Part shown: piece by piece, positions 28,360 to 38,230 of the stretch
How the letters are laid out: each line of letters starts with the position of its first letter
How positions within the stretch are numbered: position 1 is the first letter of the stretch
DNA from: Marispirochaeta sp.
Lineage (GTDB): Bacteria > Spirochaetota > Spirochaetia > JC444 > Marispirochaetaceae
Length of the DNA: 64,000 bases
Direction: 5' to 3'
NCBI GenBank assembly: GCA_963676835.2
Contig: CAXXFF010000002.1
Span: forward strand, 896,001 to 960,000
Translations under genes and position numbers: made by a program
The notes under the pieces: generated by a model
Databases searched by the model: none
The model's input: only the letters and a program-made list of their open reading frames with translations
What the model was told of the DNA's origin: nothing

Positions 28360-30213
28360 ATGAAAAACGAAGGAACAGTTCTGATAATTGATGACTCTGA
28401 TCTGGTTGCGGGAGTCTTATCTCAGGCTCTGGAATCCGCAGGCTTTACGGTGGAGCGGGAGAGCAACGGTGTGGATGGTGTTCTCGGAGTGTACAGAATT
28501 ATTCCCGACCTGATTATTATGGATGTTGAAATGCCCCTGATGCAGGGTTATCAGGCAAGCAGGCTGCTTAAAAGGCGGCGGGGTGTTCGGGATATTCCCA
28601 TTATCATGCATACCAGTCTTTCCGAGGACAAAGACAAATACTGGGCCTTCTCTTCCGGGGCTGATGCCTTTGTTAACAAGGACTTTGATAACCTTGACCT
28701 GATAGTTTCCCGGGTAAGCGAACTGATTGATCATTCTCCCCTGGACAGGGCATGTATAGAAGAAGACGGTGCCGGGATGAACCGGGAACGGATATTCGAA
28801 ATAATCGGATCGGTTTTTGATAACGATCTTTTCCGTTCCACCATTCTAAATATGCTGGGGGATATCGGCCGGGCCATCGATTCATTAAAAGGGACATGCG
28901 GAAGAATACTCGATCTGCTGCCAAAAGTGTGTGAAGCGGATATCGGGATTATTATGCTGAAGAATGGAAAAAATCCGGATGCCTATATCCGGCCTTCCAC
29001 CGCGGTGGTTAAATCCGATATCGATGCTTTTCTGGAAATCTGCTTCCCCGATTTTGCGGATCACTTTGCCCGTCTCAGTTTTGACGATCTTAAGACAGAA
29101 CTGGTAACAGAAGAGCTTGCAGAAGACTTCGAGAAAATCAGGATTGACAGTAAGCACCTCAGTTCCTACGTCTGCTTTCCTCTTATCGGGAAAGGGGATG
29201 AAGTTATAGGTACCCTGCATATCGGGAGCTTTATTAATAACTATTTTTCCGATCGTATCAGTGCCGATATCGATGTCTTTGCTCAAGGGTCGGGGATTAT
29301 TGTAGAAAACTCCCTGTTGTTCAACCAGACCCGTCAGATGGAGGAAAACATCCGCAACGTATTCGGCAAGTTTGTTCCCCGGGAGATTATCAACGATTTA
29401 GTGGAAAAGCAGAGTGATGATGCGCTTCTTGTGGGAGAGAAACGCAAAATTGTCGTACTCTTTTCCGATATCCGCAGTTTTACCACCATCAGCGAAAACA
29501 ATCCTCCCGAAAAGGTAGTGGCCTTTCTGAACAGCCACTTTACTATTATGGTTGATATCATCAAGGAGGAGGGCGGCTCCATTGACAAGTTTATCGGGGA
29601 TGCAATTTTTGCCATCTTCGGAGCTCCCATAAGCTATGAAGACAATGCCCAGCGGGCGGTGCGGGCAGCCCTGAAGATGATAGAAGCCCGAAGCAGGGTT
29701 GCCGTGGAGGGGCTGGTTCTGCCTGAGATCGGTTACGACCTGGGCATCGGACTCCACGAAGGCGATGCAATTGTCGGCAACATCGGCTCCTCTGAGAAGT
29801 TTGATTATACCGCCATCGGCGACACGGTAAATATCGCAGCCCGTCTTGAAGGGCTGACCAAGCATTATCACCGCAAGATTCTTCTCTCCGATGAACTCTC
29901 CCGGAAGCTGGATGACAGCATCAGTTTAAGGGAAGTTGATCAGGTGAAGGTGAAGGGTAAGGCCCTCGCCACCCGGCTGCTTTCGCCGGTAACCATGGAG
30001 GATCCCGGCGATGGTGAGGCGGGAGAGGCTTACGAGAAGGGCATTAAGCAGTACAAGCTGGGCAACTGGGAATCCGCGGCGGATTATTTCACCCGGGTGC
30101 TTGAGCTTATAGAGGGGGATTACCTGGCGGATATGTTTCTTTCCCGCTGCATCGATTTTCAGCAGGATCCTCCCCGGGAATGGGACGGTTCGCTGATGCT
30201 TGATTTTAAATAA
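28360..30213 (+). CDS. REC-GAF-like-class III adenylate cyclase with TPR-like tail
   Basis: REC (IIDDS, MDVEMP); cyclase motifs FSDIRSFT, IDKFIGDA and DYTAIGDTVNIAARLE. Confidence 0.92.
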   Translation: MKNEGTVLIIDDSDLVAGVLSQALESAGFTVERESNGVDGVLGVYRIIPDLIIMDVEMPLMQGYQASRLLKRRRGVRDIPIIMHTSLSEDKDKYWAFSSGADAFVNKDFDNLDLIVSRVSELIDHSPLDRACIEEDGAGMNRERIFEIIGSVFDNDLFRSTILNMLGDIGRAIDSLKGTCGRILDLLPKVCEADIGIIMLKNGKNPDAYIRPSTAVVKSDIDAFLEICFPDFADHFARLSFDDLKTELVTEELAEDFEKIRIDSKHLSSYVCFPLIGKGDEVIGTLHIGSFINNYFSDRISADIDVFAQGSGIIVENSLLFNQTRQMEENIRNVFGKFVPREIINDLVEKQSDDALLVGEKRKIVVLFSDIRSFTTISENNPPEKVVAFLNSHFTIMVDIIKEEGGSIDKFIGDAIFAIFGAPISYEDNAQRAVRAALKMIEARSRVAVEGLVLPEIGYDLGIGLHEGDAIVGNIGSSEKFDYTAIGDTVNIAARLEGLTKHYHRKILLSDELSRKLDDSISLREVDQVKVKGKALATRLLSPVTMEDPGDGEAGEAYEKGIKQYKLGNWESAADYFTRVLELIEGDYLADMFLSRCIDFQQDPPREWDGSLMLDFK

Positions 30214-30342
30214 AGATTGTCTCCAATTAAACCCCTTCATTTTCCAGTAAAAACCATGTGAGAGGCTTGAAAATTACTGGTAAGATAAAATTCTGGAGTA
30301 TGCCTGTTTCCAAAAGGCACACACAGGTTTATACTTCTGTAC

Positions 30343-30618
30343 GTGGATAAGAACTTCAACTGGAATGATGAAAAGAATATCCTCCTGATTAAGGACAGAG
30401 GTATCTCTTTCGAGGAAGTTGTGTTTTGTATTCAGCATGGTGGAATACTTGATGAGGTCGAACATCCTAATCATGAAAAGTATCAGATTCAGAGAATATA
30501 TGTTGTTGTGATCAATGATTATATCTATCTGGTTCCGTATGTAGAGAGTAAAGAAGAAATTTTTCTGAAAACAATTATTCCAAGCAGAAAGGCGAAGAAA
30601 GAATATTTAGGAGGATAG
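30343..30618 (+). CDS. brnT: BrnT family toxin
   Basis: FNWNDEKN...DRGISFEE, HPN..KY and FLKTIIPSRK; GTG start. Confidence 0.85.
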   Translation: MDKNFNWNDEKNILLIKDRGISFEEVVFCIQHGGILDEVEHPNHEKYQIQRIYVVVINDYIYLVPYVESKEEIFLKTIIPSRKAKKEYLGG

Positions 30619-30620
30619 GC

Positions 30621-30902
30621 ATGGACCTCAACGAATATGAAAAAGAAATACAAGCGGACTATGAGGCGGGAAAACTGACATCCCTGGGTATAAGCGACTC
30701 CGAGAAGGAACGATTATCAGAAATTGCTGCCAGTACACTGAAAAAAAATAAAAGGGTAAATATCCGTCTGTCGGAACATGATCTCCAGTCCATACAGAGA
30801 AAAGCAATTCAGGAAGGATTGCCGTACCAGACATTGATTTCCAGTTTGATACATAAATACACAAATGGCCTGCTTGTTGATTCGACAAAAGCAGCCGGTT
30901 GA
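30621..30902 (+). CDS. Cognate RHH/CopG-type antitoxin
   Basis: KRVNIRL..DL..I..KA..EGLPYQTLISS.IHKY. Confidence 0.85.
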   Translation: MDLNEYEKEIQADYEAGKLTSLGISDSEKERLSEIAASTLKKNKRVNIRLSEHDLQSIQRKAIQEGLPYQTLISSLIHKYTNGLLVDSTKAAG

Positions 30903-30921
30903 AATTAACGCAAAGATAATA

Positions 30922-31281
30922 ATGAAGATAATTCAGCAAATCGGTATATTCTTTTCCATCTGTCTTCTGGGAGAAATAATTTCAGCCCTGCTTCCGGTTC
31001 CCTTTCCCGCCAGTGTTCTGGCCATGGTTATAGCTTTTCTTTTCTTATACTTCCGCATTTTGCGGCCGGATCATATTCAGGAGAAGGCTGATTTTCTGCT
31101 GAAGAATATGGCCTTCTTTTTTATTCCCGCCGGTGTGGGAATCCTTTCCAGCTACAGTGCGATCAAGTCGGTGCTGCTGCCGGTTTTATTTATCTGCGTA
31201 GTTACGTTTGTCGGTAATTTCCTAATAACCGGGCTGGTGGTCAAAGGTGTTATGCGCCTTATGAACAGGCAGGGGAGCTGA
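30922..31281 (+). CDS. lrgA: CidA/LrgA family membrane protein
   Basis: PFPASVL, LLKNMAFFFIPAGVG; start reassigned to ATG 30922. Confidence 0.9.
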   Translation: MKIIQQIGIFFSICLLGEIISALLPVPFPASVLAMVIAFLFLYFRILRPDHIQEKADFLLKNMAFFFIPAGVGILSSYSAIKSVLLPVLFICVVTFVGNFLITGLVVKGVMRLMNRQGS

Positions 31282-31283
31282 AG

Positions 31284-31967
31284 ATGCAGGAAATATACAG
31301 CTCTCCCTTCTTTTCAATAACCCTCTGCATTGTTACCTATATGGTGGGTTTGTGGATCCATTCCCGGTTACGCTCCCCGCTGGTGAATCCCCTGCTTATT
31401 GCCATAGTTCTAACCATTGCAGTTATCCTCGGGCTGAATATTCCCCTGAAAAGTTTCTATAAAGGGGGAGATATGATTACCCTCTTTCTGGGGCCCGCAA
31501 CGGCGGCCCTGGCAATTTCCATCTACAGTCAGATGAAGCTTTTAAAAAAGAATCTGCTGCCCATTCTTATCGGTACCTTTACGGGCTCCCTCTTTTCCGT
31601 GGTCAGCATCTATTTTCTCTGCCGCTGGTTCAAGTTGGACGATGTGATGACAGCCTCTCTTCTGCCCAAGTCGGTAACCACCCCTATAGCCATGGGGGTT
31701 TCCCAATCCCTGGGCGGAATTGTACCGGTAACCATTATTGCCGTGGTTTTAACCGGTCTTTTAGGGGCGATTTTCTCTCCTCTGCTGGTTAAGCTGTTCC
31801 GGCTGAAAGACCCGGTGGTCATCGGCCTTGCCATTGGAACCTCCAGTCATGCCCTGGGTACATCCAAGGCGGTGGAGATGGGTGAGATTCAGGGCGCGGT
31901 AAGCGGAATTGCCATCGGCCTTGCAGGCCTGTTTACGGTAATTATTACCCTGTTTTTTCAGGGATAA
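31284..31967 (+). CDS. lrgB: LrgB family membrane protein
   Basis: NPLLI, LGPATAALA, PKSVTTPIA and SHALGT. Confidence 0.93.
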   Translation: MQEIYSSPFFSITLCIVTYMVGLWIHSRLRSPLVNPLLIAIVLTIAVILGLNIPLKSFYKGGDMITLFLGPATAALAISIYSQMKLLKKNLLPILIGTFTGSLFSVVSIYFLCRWFKLDDVMTASLLPKSVTTPIAMGVSQSLGGIVPVTIIAVVLTGLLGAIFSPLLVKLFRLKDPVVIGLAIGTSSHALGTSKAVEMGEIQGAVSGIAIGLAGLFTVIITLFFQG

Positions 31968-32012
31968 AACATAAGGGCAGCTCTAAAAAGAGTCCGGTTT
32001 AATCAAGGTCTG

Positions 32013-35000
32013 CTATTTTCCGTAATAGACAAAGGGCGCCCAGTAAAAGGGGTGAGTATATGCTCCTCCGTTTTGGATAAACTCCCGCTTTGTTTGCGCC
32101 GCAGCCCTTCCCCAGTCTTCGCCGTTTTCCGCTGCCCGGCTGTACATGCTGCTCATAAAGCGAACGGTAGATTCATCCGCAACCTGCCAGAGGGATACGG
32201 AGAGGCTGTTGGCGCCGGCAACAAGAAATGCCTGGGTCAGACCGACCACGCCTTCGCCTCCGTAGATCTTTCCCAGGCCGGTTTCACAGGCAGAAAGATT
32301 CACAAAGTCCGCTTCAAGATTCAGTTCCGAGATCTCCTTCATGGTCAGATATCCGTCTTCGCCATTTTCTTTCCCGTCTTTGTCCGGGGCAGCAAGAGAG
32401 AGAACAAGGGCCGAGAGTTCCGGAACTTCGGGAACAACCAGGCCGTGAACGGCAAAGTGGAGATTCCTGTACCGCTTCAGCTCACCCGAGGCGGAATCTG
32501 ATTTTAGTGTTGCCTCACTCACCTTTTTTCCGGTTACCGTAACCGAGCCGGGTATGATCTTTCCAATCTGCTGAACTTCCTTGAGGCTTCCCGGCAGGTT
32601 CTGCCATTGCGACAGTCCCAGGTGATCAAAGGCTCCCCGGGTACTCTCTCCCCGTGCAATTGTATCGAGAGTTCCCGATATGAAGCCCGACAGTTCTCCG
32701 CTGCTGCCGATTGCAGACTCTCCGGTTCCACTGTTCTCATACACTGCACCGCCGAAAGCAATCAGCGGCTTTCTCGAATCCGGATAAATCCGTGAGGATG
32801 TCAACTCCGAGAGCGCGAAGCTCTGGGTGTAGCGGATGGTGTATTTCTCTGCCATGTAATGTCCGTCGGGCATGATCAGGGTTTCAAAGGGAAGAAAGGC
32901 AAGGATGCCGTCGGGCCGGATAATCAGATTGTCTTTATCTGCAATCTGCTGCTCTATGTCGCCGAACAGGAATGTATAAAGCCGGGAGGCGATAAACTCT
33001 CTCTTTCTTTTCTGCTCCGCTGATTCACCGGGAGAGGTGAGCAGCTTGCGGTAGTAAGTGACAATTTTTTCCAGATCCTCCAGGGATGAATTATCCGAAC
33101 TCTCTTCTTGTTGCTCATGGCTGACTTTCACCCCTCGCAGGCTGTCGTAGAGTGCAGCGATTTCATTTTGATGAAGGGCGTTGACCTGTGAGATGAAATC
33201 ACTGCTGTTGGTTCTTGCTCCGCTGATATTGCGGTTATCAGCAGCTATGCGGACGCTGTTTTTCCATCCGGTATTTGCAAATGAAATTACCACGGTAGAG
33301 TTGTCCAGGGTCTTGCGGAGCTGATCGATACCTGAAAAATCCGCAGCCCTTCTGTCCTCTTCCGCACCAATCTGTTCCCTTAAGTAAAGGGCTGCAGAAT
33401 TCTCTATTGAGTCAAAAGCTGCTGCAAAATCCCCGGTACGGACAAGTGCGGCGGTCAGCCATTGATAGGTATTCATTGTGGAAGAGAGGTAATCCCTGCG
33501 GAGAGTGCCTTTGGCTGTGATGCGCAGTTTATCTTTTATCTCAAGACTTTGCCTGAAGGACTTAAGGGCGGCATCCAGTTTGCTGATTCTGAAATAGCAG
33601 ACGCCAATGTTGTTGAGCACTGCAGCTTCATCCGGCAGGGCACCGATTTCTCTGTTTATTTTCAGCGCTGCAATGTGATATTCCAGAGCTTCGGCATTAT
33701 TATCTCTTTTTTCTTCCACCAGACCAAGCAGACCCAGTGCAAAAGCTTCCTGGTCCCGGATCCCTGTCTCCTTGCAGATAGTCAGGGATTTTCTGAAGAA
33801 TTCTTCTGCTGTCTCCAGTTTTCCTTTCTGGGCCATCCAGTATCCGAGATTGTTTAAAAAGAGCGGGAGGTCGTGCTGTTTTCCCCTCCTCTCCATCTGT
33901 TCAAGAGCAAGGGTGAAGTAGTCTACAGCTTTCTTCTCATCATTCAGGGAGCTGTAAACTACCCCTAAATTGTTATAGTCCATGGCGATATTTCCGGGGC
34001 TGTTGCGTGTTTTGTCTATTTCCAGTGCCCGGAAATGGTATTCCAGGGCTTTGTCGTATTTGCCCCATTTCTGGTAGACAATACCTATGCTGGACAAGGT
34101 ATCGCTTACGGATTGTTCATCTCCCGCTGCTTCCGCCATGGCGAGGGCCTTGTGGAAATAGTCCATGGCGGTGTCGTATTTTCCCGCGTTTCTATAGGCG
34201 GAACCCAGATCGGCCATAACACCGGCTATCTCCGACTCATCGGAAATCTGCTGCGCCAGAACCAGCGCCTCCCTGTGAAAATCAAGGGCAGTTGAAGAAA
34301 GACCCATATCCGAGTAGAGCCTTCCCAGACGGGTCAGCATTTCCAGGATGTCTTCGTTCCTCTCCAGATCCCTGTTCAGTTGCAGGGCGTGCCGGTATTT
34401 TTCTACCGCTTCTTCATATTTGCCCCGGGCCCACAAAAGGGTTCCTATATTCTGTATGTCCCAGGCTAACCTTCCCTGGTTTTCCAGCTCTTCATCGAGA
34501 GCAAGGGCCTTCTGGTATGCAGCCATGGCTTCGTTGGTGCGGTTCAGCACCCTGAAGCAGTCCCCCATGTTCCGGTAGCTGATAGCCAGGGCATCTTTGC
34601 TTTCAAGGCCTTCCATAATGGCAATGCCTTCCCGGTAATGTTCTATGGCTTTCAGGTCTTCACCCTTCCATGATCTTATTGCCGCAAGATTGGCAAGAAT
34701 ATTTGCCAGTTCACTCTGATTTTTTCCATCCCTGAACATGGGCAGGGCCTCCTCGTAATAGGGGAGGGCTTCATTGTACTGGTCATTATCCAGCAGGACC
34801 CAGCCTATTCCCTTCAGGTCGTGGGCAACTGTATCGGAGGAGGCGCTTTTTCTGTCGATTTTCAAAAGCTTTTTGTAGTGTTCCACATGGTCATACCACT
34901 GGCCGCCGCGTTCTGCGAGATCTACAGCTTCCTTCAGCAGCTCCCGGGCGGATGCTTCGTCACCGCTGGCCGTGCGGATATCTGCGAGAAGGCTCAGGTC

Positions 35001-36455
35001 CCATGCCTGGCTTCCTTTCCGGTCAAGCTCCCGGTTGATGGCCAGGGCCTCCTGAAGCGGTTCTTCCGCTTCGCTGTATCTGGTAAGGAGGATCCGGGCT
35101 TTTCCAAGGTCGTTCAGAACCGCAGCTGCCCTGCCGGAATCTTCAAGCCGGCGGAAAATTGCAAGGGCACTGTTAAGGTGAGTTTCGGCCTCCTCCGCCC
35201 GGACCAGATCCATACAGCATTGAGCCATGTAATGGAGTTCGATGGCTTCATCTTTTTCGGAATTTATCACCCGGGCTGCATCCCGTGATTCTGTAAAAAG
35301 GTCCAGCGCCTCATCGATTGAGCCGAGGTCCCGCAGGGCTACTCCTGCATTGTGAGCCCTGTAACAGACCGCCTTCGGGTCACTCAGCTCTTTTCCGATT
35401 GCCAAAGCCCTGCGGTAGAGGGGAAGGGCACTTTCGTAATCCTTCAGGGCTGCAAATGTGAGGCCGGCTCTGTTGGCGGTTGATCCTGTCCACTCTTTGC
35501 GGGGGTCTTGTGCCTTGTCCTCCATTTTTATCGCCTGAAGAAATCGCCTTGCTGCTTGTTGGCTGCTGCCATTGTCACGAAGGATTGTGCCCAGTGCATA
35601 GAATCGGTCCGCAAGATAGTGTTCGTCAAAAAGGTATTCGTGGTCATTAACGGGATGCAGCTCGAGGGTATAGTCTGTCATCTGATCCGGCCCGGGGGCA
35701 ACGGCATAATCTGTCTCATCGGCAGCTGTTATCGATTCCTCTGCTGCGGTAACGGTAAGTCTGTTGACGGCGACCTTAAGATTGCCCAGAAGCTGGATGC
35801 CGGTATTGCCGCCGGTGATGCCGGAAAAAGGGATCTCCCCGATATAGTGACGGTTAATAAAGAGTTCCAGTACATCGCCCCGCTGCTTTACCGCTATGAG
35901 ATTTGCTGCATCGTCGCGGTTTATATAGCTGTTCTGTATCCACTCACTCCCTTTCTGGGGAGATCCGTTCAGCCATGTTCCATGGGAGTAATAACCGTTG
36001 GCGCTGATAAGAAAGGTGAAGCCTTCACTGTTTTCGCCGAATCCCCAGGAGAGTCCATAGACTCCATTTTCCTGGCCGCTTAACTTGGTAATTTCCGCTT
36101 CGATAATAGTGGTTCCCGATTCGGGAAGTTCTGCATTATCCCATATGCACCAGGGGCCGCTCTCCCGGCGGTGCTCAAAAATAAGCTGTCCGTTTTCTAT
36201 GGTGGAGAAAACCTTGGAGTTGTCGTATTCAGGCCAGTTGCTGCTCTTGTCGGAAAAATCCTCATTATAGAGGAGAGTCTCCCTGATGGAGACCCCGGGC
36301 TCTTCGGTTTTCTTAGAAGCCTCACCTGCTTCACGATCCGGCCCGCTTGCACAGGAAATAATCAGCAGTGAAAGAAGCAATGGCAGAATAATTTTAACCG
36401 GTCCCGGTCTTCGACCGCTGATTTTTATATGAGTATACCGGTTGAATCTTTTCAT
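32013..36455 (-). CDS. Lipoprotein: beta-sandwich (lectin-like) domain + long TPR array + CHAT (caspase-like) protease
   Basis: LLIIS-C35 lipobox-like site; beta-rich EDFSD..W domain; many ~40-aa TPR units; LPFETL, LPGS.KEV, LHFAVHG, NLSACETG, SLWQVAD and HPFYWAPF. Confidence 0.9.
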   Translation of the reverse strand: MKRFNRYTHIKISGRRPGPVKIILPLLLSLLIISCASGPDREAGEASKKTEEPGVSIRETLLYNEDFSDKSSNWPEYDNSKVFSTIENGQLIFEHRRESGPWCIWDNAELPESGTTIIEAEITKLSGQENGVYGLSWGFGENSEGFTFLISANGYYSHGTWLNGSPQKGSEWIQNSYINRDDAANLIAVKQRGDVLELFINRHYIGEIPFSGITGGNTGIQLLGNLKVAVNRLTVTAAEESITAADETDYAVAPGPDQMTDYTLELHPVNDHEYLFDEHYLADRFYALGTILRDNGSSQQAARRFLQAIKMEDKAQDPRKEWTGSTANRAGLTFAALKDYESALPLYRRALAIGKELSDPKAVCYRAHNAGVALRDLGSIDEALDLFTESRDAARVINSEKDEAIELHYMAQCCMDLVRAEEAETHLNSALAIFRRLEDSGRAAAVLNDLGKARILLTRYSEAEEPLQEALAINRELDRKGSQAWDLSLLADIRTASGDEASARELLKEAVDLAERGGQWYDHVEHYKKLLKIDRKSASSDTVAHDLKGIGWVLLDNDQYNEALPYYEEALPMFRDGKNQSELANILANLAAIRSWKGEDLKAIEHYREGIAIMEGLESKDALAISYRNMGDCFRVLNRTNEAMAAYQKALALDEELENQGRLAWDIQNIGTLLWARGKYEEAVEKYRHALQLNRDLERNEDILEMLTRLGRLYSDMGLSSTALDFHREALVLAQQISDESEIAGVMADLGSAYRNAGKYDTAMDYFHKALAMAEAAGDEQSVSDTLSSIGIVYQKWGKYDKALEYHFRALEIDKTRNSPGNIAMDYNNLGVVYSSLNDEKKAVDYFTLALEQMERRGKQHDLPLFLNNLGYWMAQKGKLETAEEFFRKSLTICKETGIRDQEAFALGLLGLVEEKRDNNAEALEYHIAALKINREIGALPDEAAVLNNIGVCYFRISKLDAALKSFRQSLEIKDKLRITAKGTLRRDYLSSTMNTYQWLTAALVRTGDFAAAFDSIENSAALYLREQIGAEEDRRAADFSGIDQLRKTLDNSTVVISFANTGWKNSVRIAADNRNISGARTNSSDFISQVNALHQNEIAALYDSLRGVKVSHEQQEESSDNSSLEDLEKIVTYYRKLLTSPGESAEQKRKREFIASRLYTFLFGDIEQQIADKDNLIIRPDGILAFLPFETLIMPDGHYMAEKYTIRYTQSFALSELTSSRIYPDSRKPLIAFGGAVYENSGTGESAIGSSGELSGFISGTLDTIARGESTRGAFDHLGLSQWQNLPGSLKEVQQIGKIIPGSVTVTGKKVSEATLKSDSASGELKRYRNLHFAVHGLVVPEVPELSALVLSLAAPDKDGKENGEDGYLTMKEISELNLEADFVNLSACETGLGKIYGGEGVVGLTQAFLVAGANSLSVSLWQVADESTVRFMSSMYSRAAENGEDWGRAAAQTKREFIQNGGAYTHPFYWAPFVYYGK

Positions 36456-36671
36456 ATGCAGCTCCTTTTTCCGGCTAATCTACTTAAGTTGTTAATCGAT
36501 ATTTTTATGGATCTCAGATGTAAGTTTATCACGAAATTCTTAAGTGTCCTTTACTCATCTTACCGGCTTCTGCTATGAAACTTTTTCTTCCGTCATTCGC
36601 AGACAGGGTCTATAATATTTCTTGCATGCAACGTTTGACATCTGAGGAGAAAAACAGTTCAGGAGGATCAA

Positions 36672-37292
36672 ATGGCAGATTCTGTAAATGATGGAAAATC
36701 CGTATGGGAAGTTCAGGAAGGTGAACGCCGCTCCATAGGAGTTATTCACATTGTAATTACTGCCCTGCTTATCGGTGTCGGTTTTGTTGTCGGTGCTTTC
36801 GGAAGTATCAGTTTCCCCCTTGGTTTCGGTGTAAACTTTTTCTGGACGGGAATTGCTGTACAGCAGGTTGGACCTATCTGGTTCGGCGCCTGGGGTATAA
36901 TTGCGGGAACCGTTTTCCCCTTCTTTTCCAACGCAATTGCCGGTACTCCCTTCTATGTCTCTCTGGCATATATTCCGGCAAACCTGGTACAGGCCCTTCT
37001 TCCTGCGCTGCTCTTCAAGAAATTCGGTTGTGACCCCCGCCTTAAGAGCGCCAGGGATTTCGCGATTCTTCTGCTTGCAATGCTTGTCTCTTCCGCTTTC
37101 GGCGCCCTCTGGTCTCCTCTGGTTGTTCTCCGCAGCTTCGGTCTGCTGACTGCAGAGTCTGTACCCCTCTTTATCTGGGGCTGGTTCGGCGGTAATGTTG
37201 TGGCTGGACTGGTGTTCAACTTTGTTCTCTTAAAAGCACTGTCAGGTGTTGTTATAAAGACTCCGGCATTTGTTAAACGCTGGTGGGCCTGA
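36672..37292 (+). CDS. Probable ECF S component (substrate unknown)
   Basis: About six TM helices, 206 aa, first gene of a T-A-A' operon. Confidence 0.65.
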   Translation: MADSVNDGKSVWEVQEGERRSIGVIHIVITALLIGVGFVVGAFGSISFPLGFGVNFFWTGIAVQQVGPIWFGAWGIIAGTVFPFFSNAIAGTPFYVSLAYIPANLVQALLPALLFKKFGCDPRLKSARDFAILLLAMLVSSAFGALWSPLVVLRSFGLLTAESVPLFIWGWFGGNVVAGLVFNFVLLKALSGVVIKTPAFVKRWWA

Positions 37293-37310
37293 TACGCAAC
37301 TGTTAACTAG

Positions 37311-37339
37311 CGGGCGGTAATCTTGCCGCCCGATTTTTT
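37311..37339 (+). terminator. Intra-operon terminator-like hairpin after the S component
   Basis: CGGGCGGTAA-tc-TTGCCGCCCG followed by ATTTTTT. Confidence 0.75.
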
Positions 37340-37363
37340 CTACAAGCTAAGAGGTTACCCTCA

Positions 37364-38230
37364 ATGAATAAGACGCTTCTCGGATATGTTCCCGAAGCGT
37401 CCTTCATCTACCGGGTTCATCCCACGGTGAAGGTGCTTTTTCTTTTAATAGTCAGTCTGTTTCCCATGTTTATAAGTGCGGTTGAGTGGAATGTGCTTCT
37501 CATAGGTGTTCTGCTTTTTCTCATAGTAGTCAGCCGGGTTGATATGCGCAGTCTGCGTATGTACGTGCCGGTGGCAATCTCCATGGGTACAATTATTCTT
37601 CTTTCTTATACGGTACTCGGCGGAAGGCATCCCCAGTATCAGGTGGTGGCACAGCTTTTGGGTGTGCCCTTCTACTGGGAACGGATCCGCGATGCCCTGG
37701 TGGTCTATTTCCGGATTCTTCCCATGATTCTTACTATGGTCTTTTTCCTGAGCACTACCCGGGAGCGGGAGATAATTGCCGCCTTCCGGGCTGTACGTAT
37801 ACCTTTTGTAATAACTTACGTAATGGCAATGTCCATGCGGGCTGCCGGTATGGTGCTTGAGGATTTCCGTATTGTACGCCAGGCGGAGCAGGCCCGGGGC
37901 TTCGATACAAAAGGAAAATCAATAGGCTATAAAATCCGAAAGTATGTAATGTACATGATTCCCCTCTTTGCACTGTCTCTCAGGCGGTCAGAAGAGTTTA
38001 CCAACGCCCTGGTTGCCAGGGGTTACAGCTTCAGGTCGAAGATAAAGCGGCCGGATTATATCCTCAGCCGGTATACCTTCGCCTGGTGGGACGGCTTTGC
38101 CTGTCTTTTGCTGATTGCGCTTTTCATCGTTCTGCTCGTGGCCCGTTACCGTTACGGCCGTTTTACCATGGAAGATTCAATTCTGCTTGCCTGGCTTAAG
38201 ACGCTGCTTTTAAAAGGAAAACAGCTATGA
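37364..38230 (+). CDS. ecfT: ECF T component
   Basis: SFIYRVHPTVK, AEQARG and LVARGY. Confidence 0.9.
   Translation: MNKTLLGYVPEASFIYRVHPTVKVLFLLIVSLFPMFISAVEWNVLLIGVLLFLIVVSRVDMRSLRMYVPVAISMGTIILLSYTVLGGRHPQYQVVAQLLGVPFYWERIRDALVVYFRILPMILTMVFFLSTTREREIIAAFRAVRIPFVITYVMAMSMRAAGMVLEDFRIVRQAEQARGFDTKGKSIGYKIRKYVMYMIPLFALSLRRSEEFTNALVARGYSFRSKIKRPDYILSRYTFAWWDGFACLLLIALFIVLLVARYRYGRFTMEDSILLAWLKTLLLKGKQL

Noticed and set aside
30922..31967. cidA/lrgB as a prophage holin module
   Set aside because: No phage genes nearby; this pair is a common chromosomal transporter-like locus.
33500..35600. Periodic sequence in the CHAT gene considered as a repeat array or CRISPR
   Set aside because: The periodicity is protein-level TPR; there are no identical DNA repeats with spacers.
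36626..36641. ATGCAACGTTTGACAT as a LacI-type operator before the second ECF operon
   Set aside because: Only one half-site is good, it is a single copy, and no regulator is nearby.
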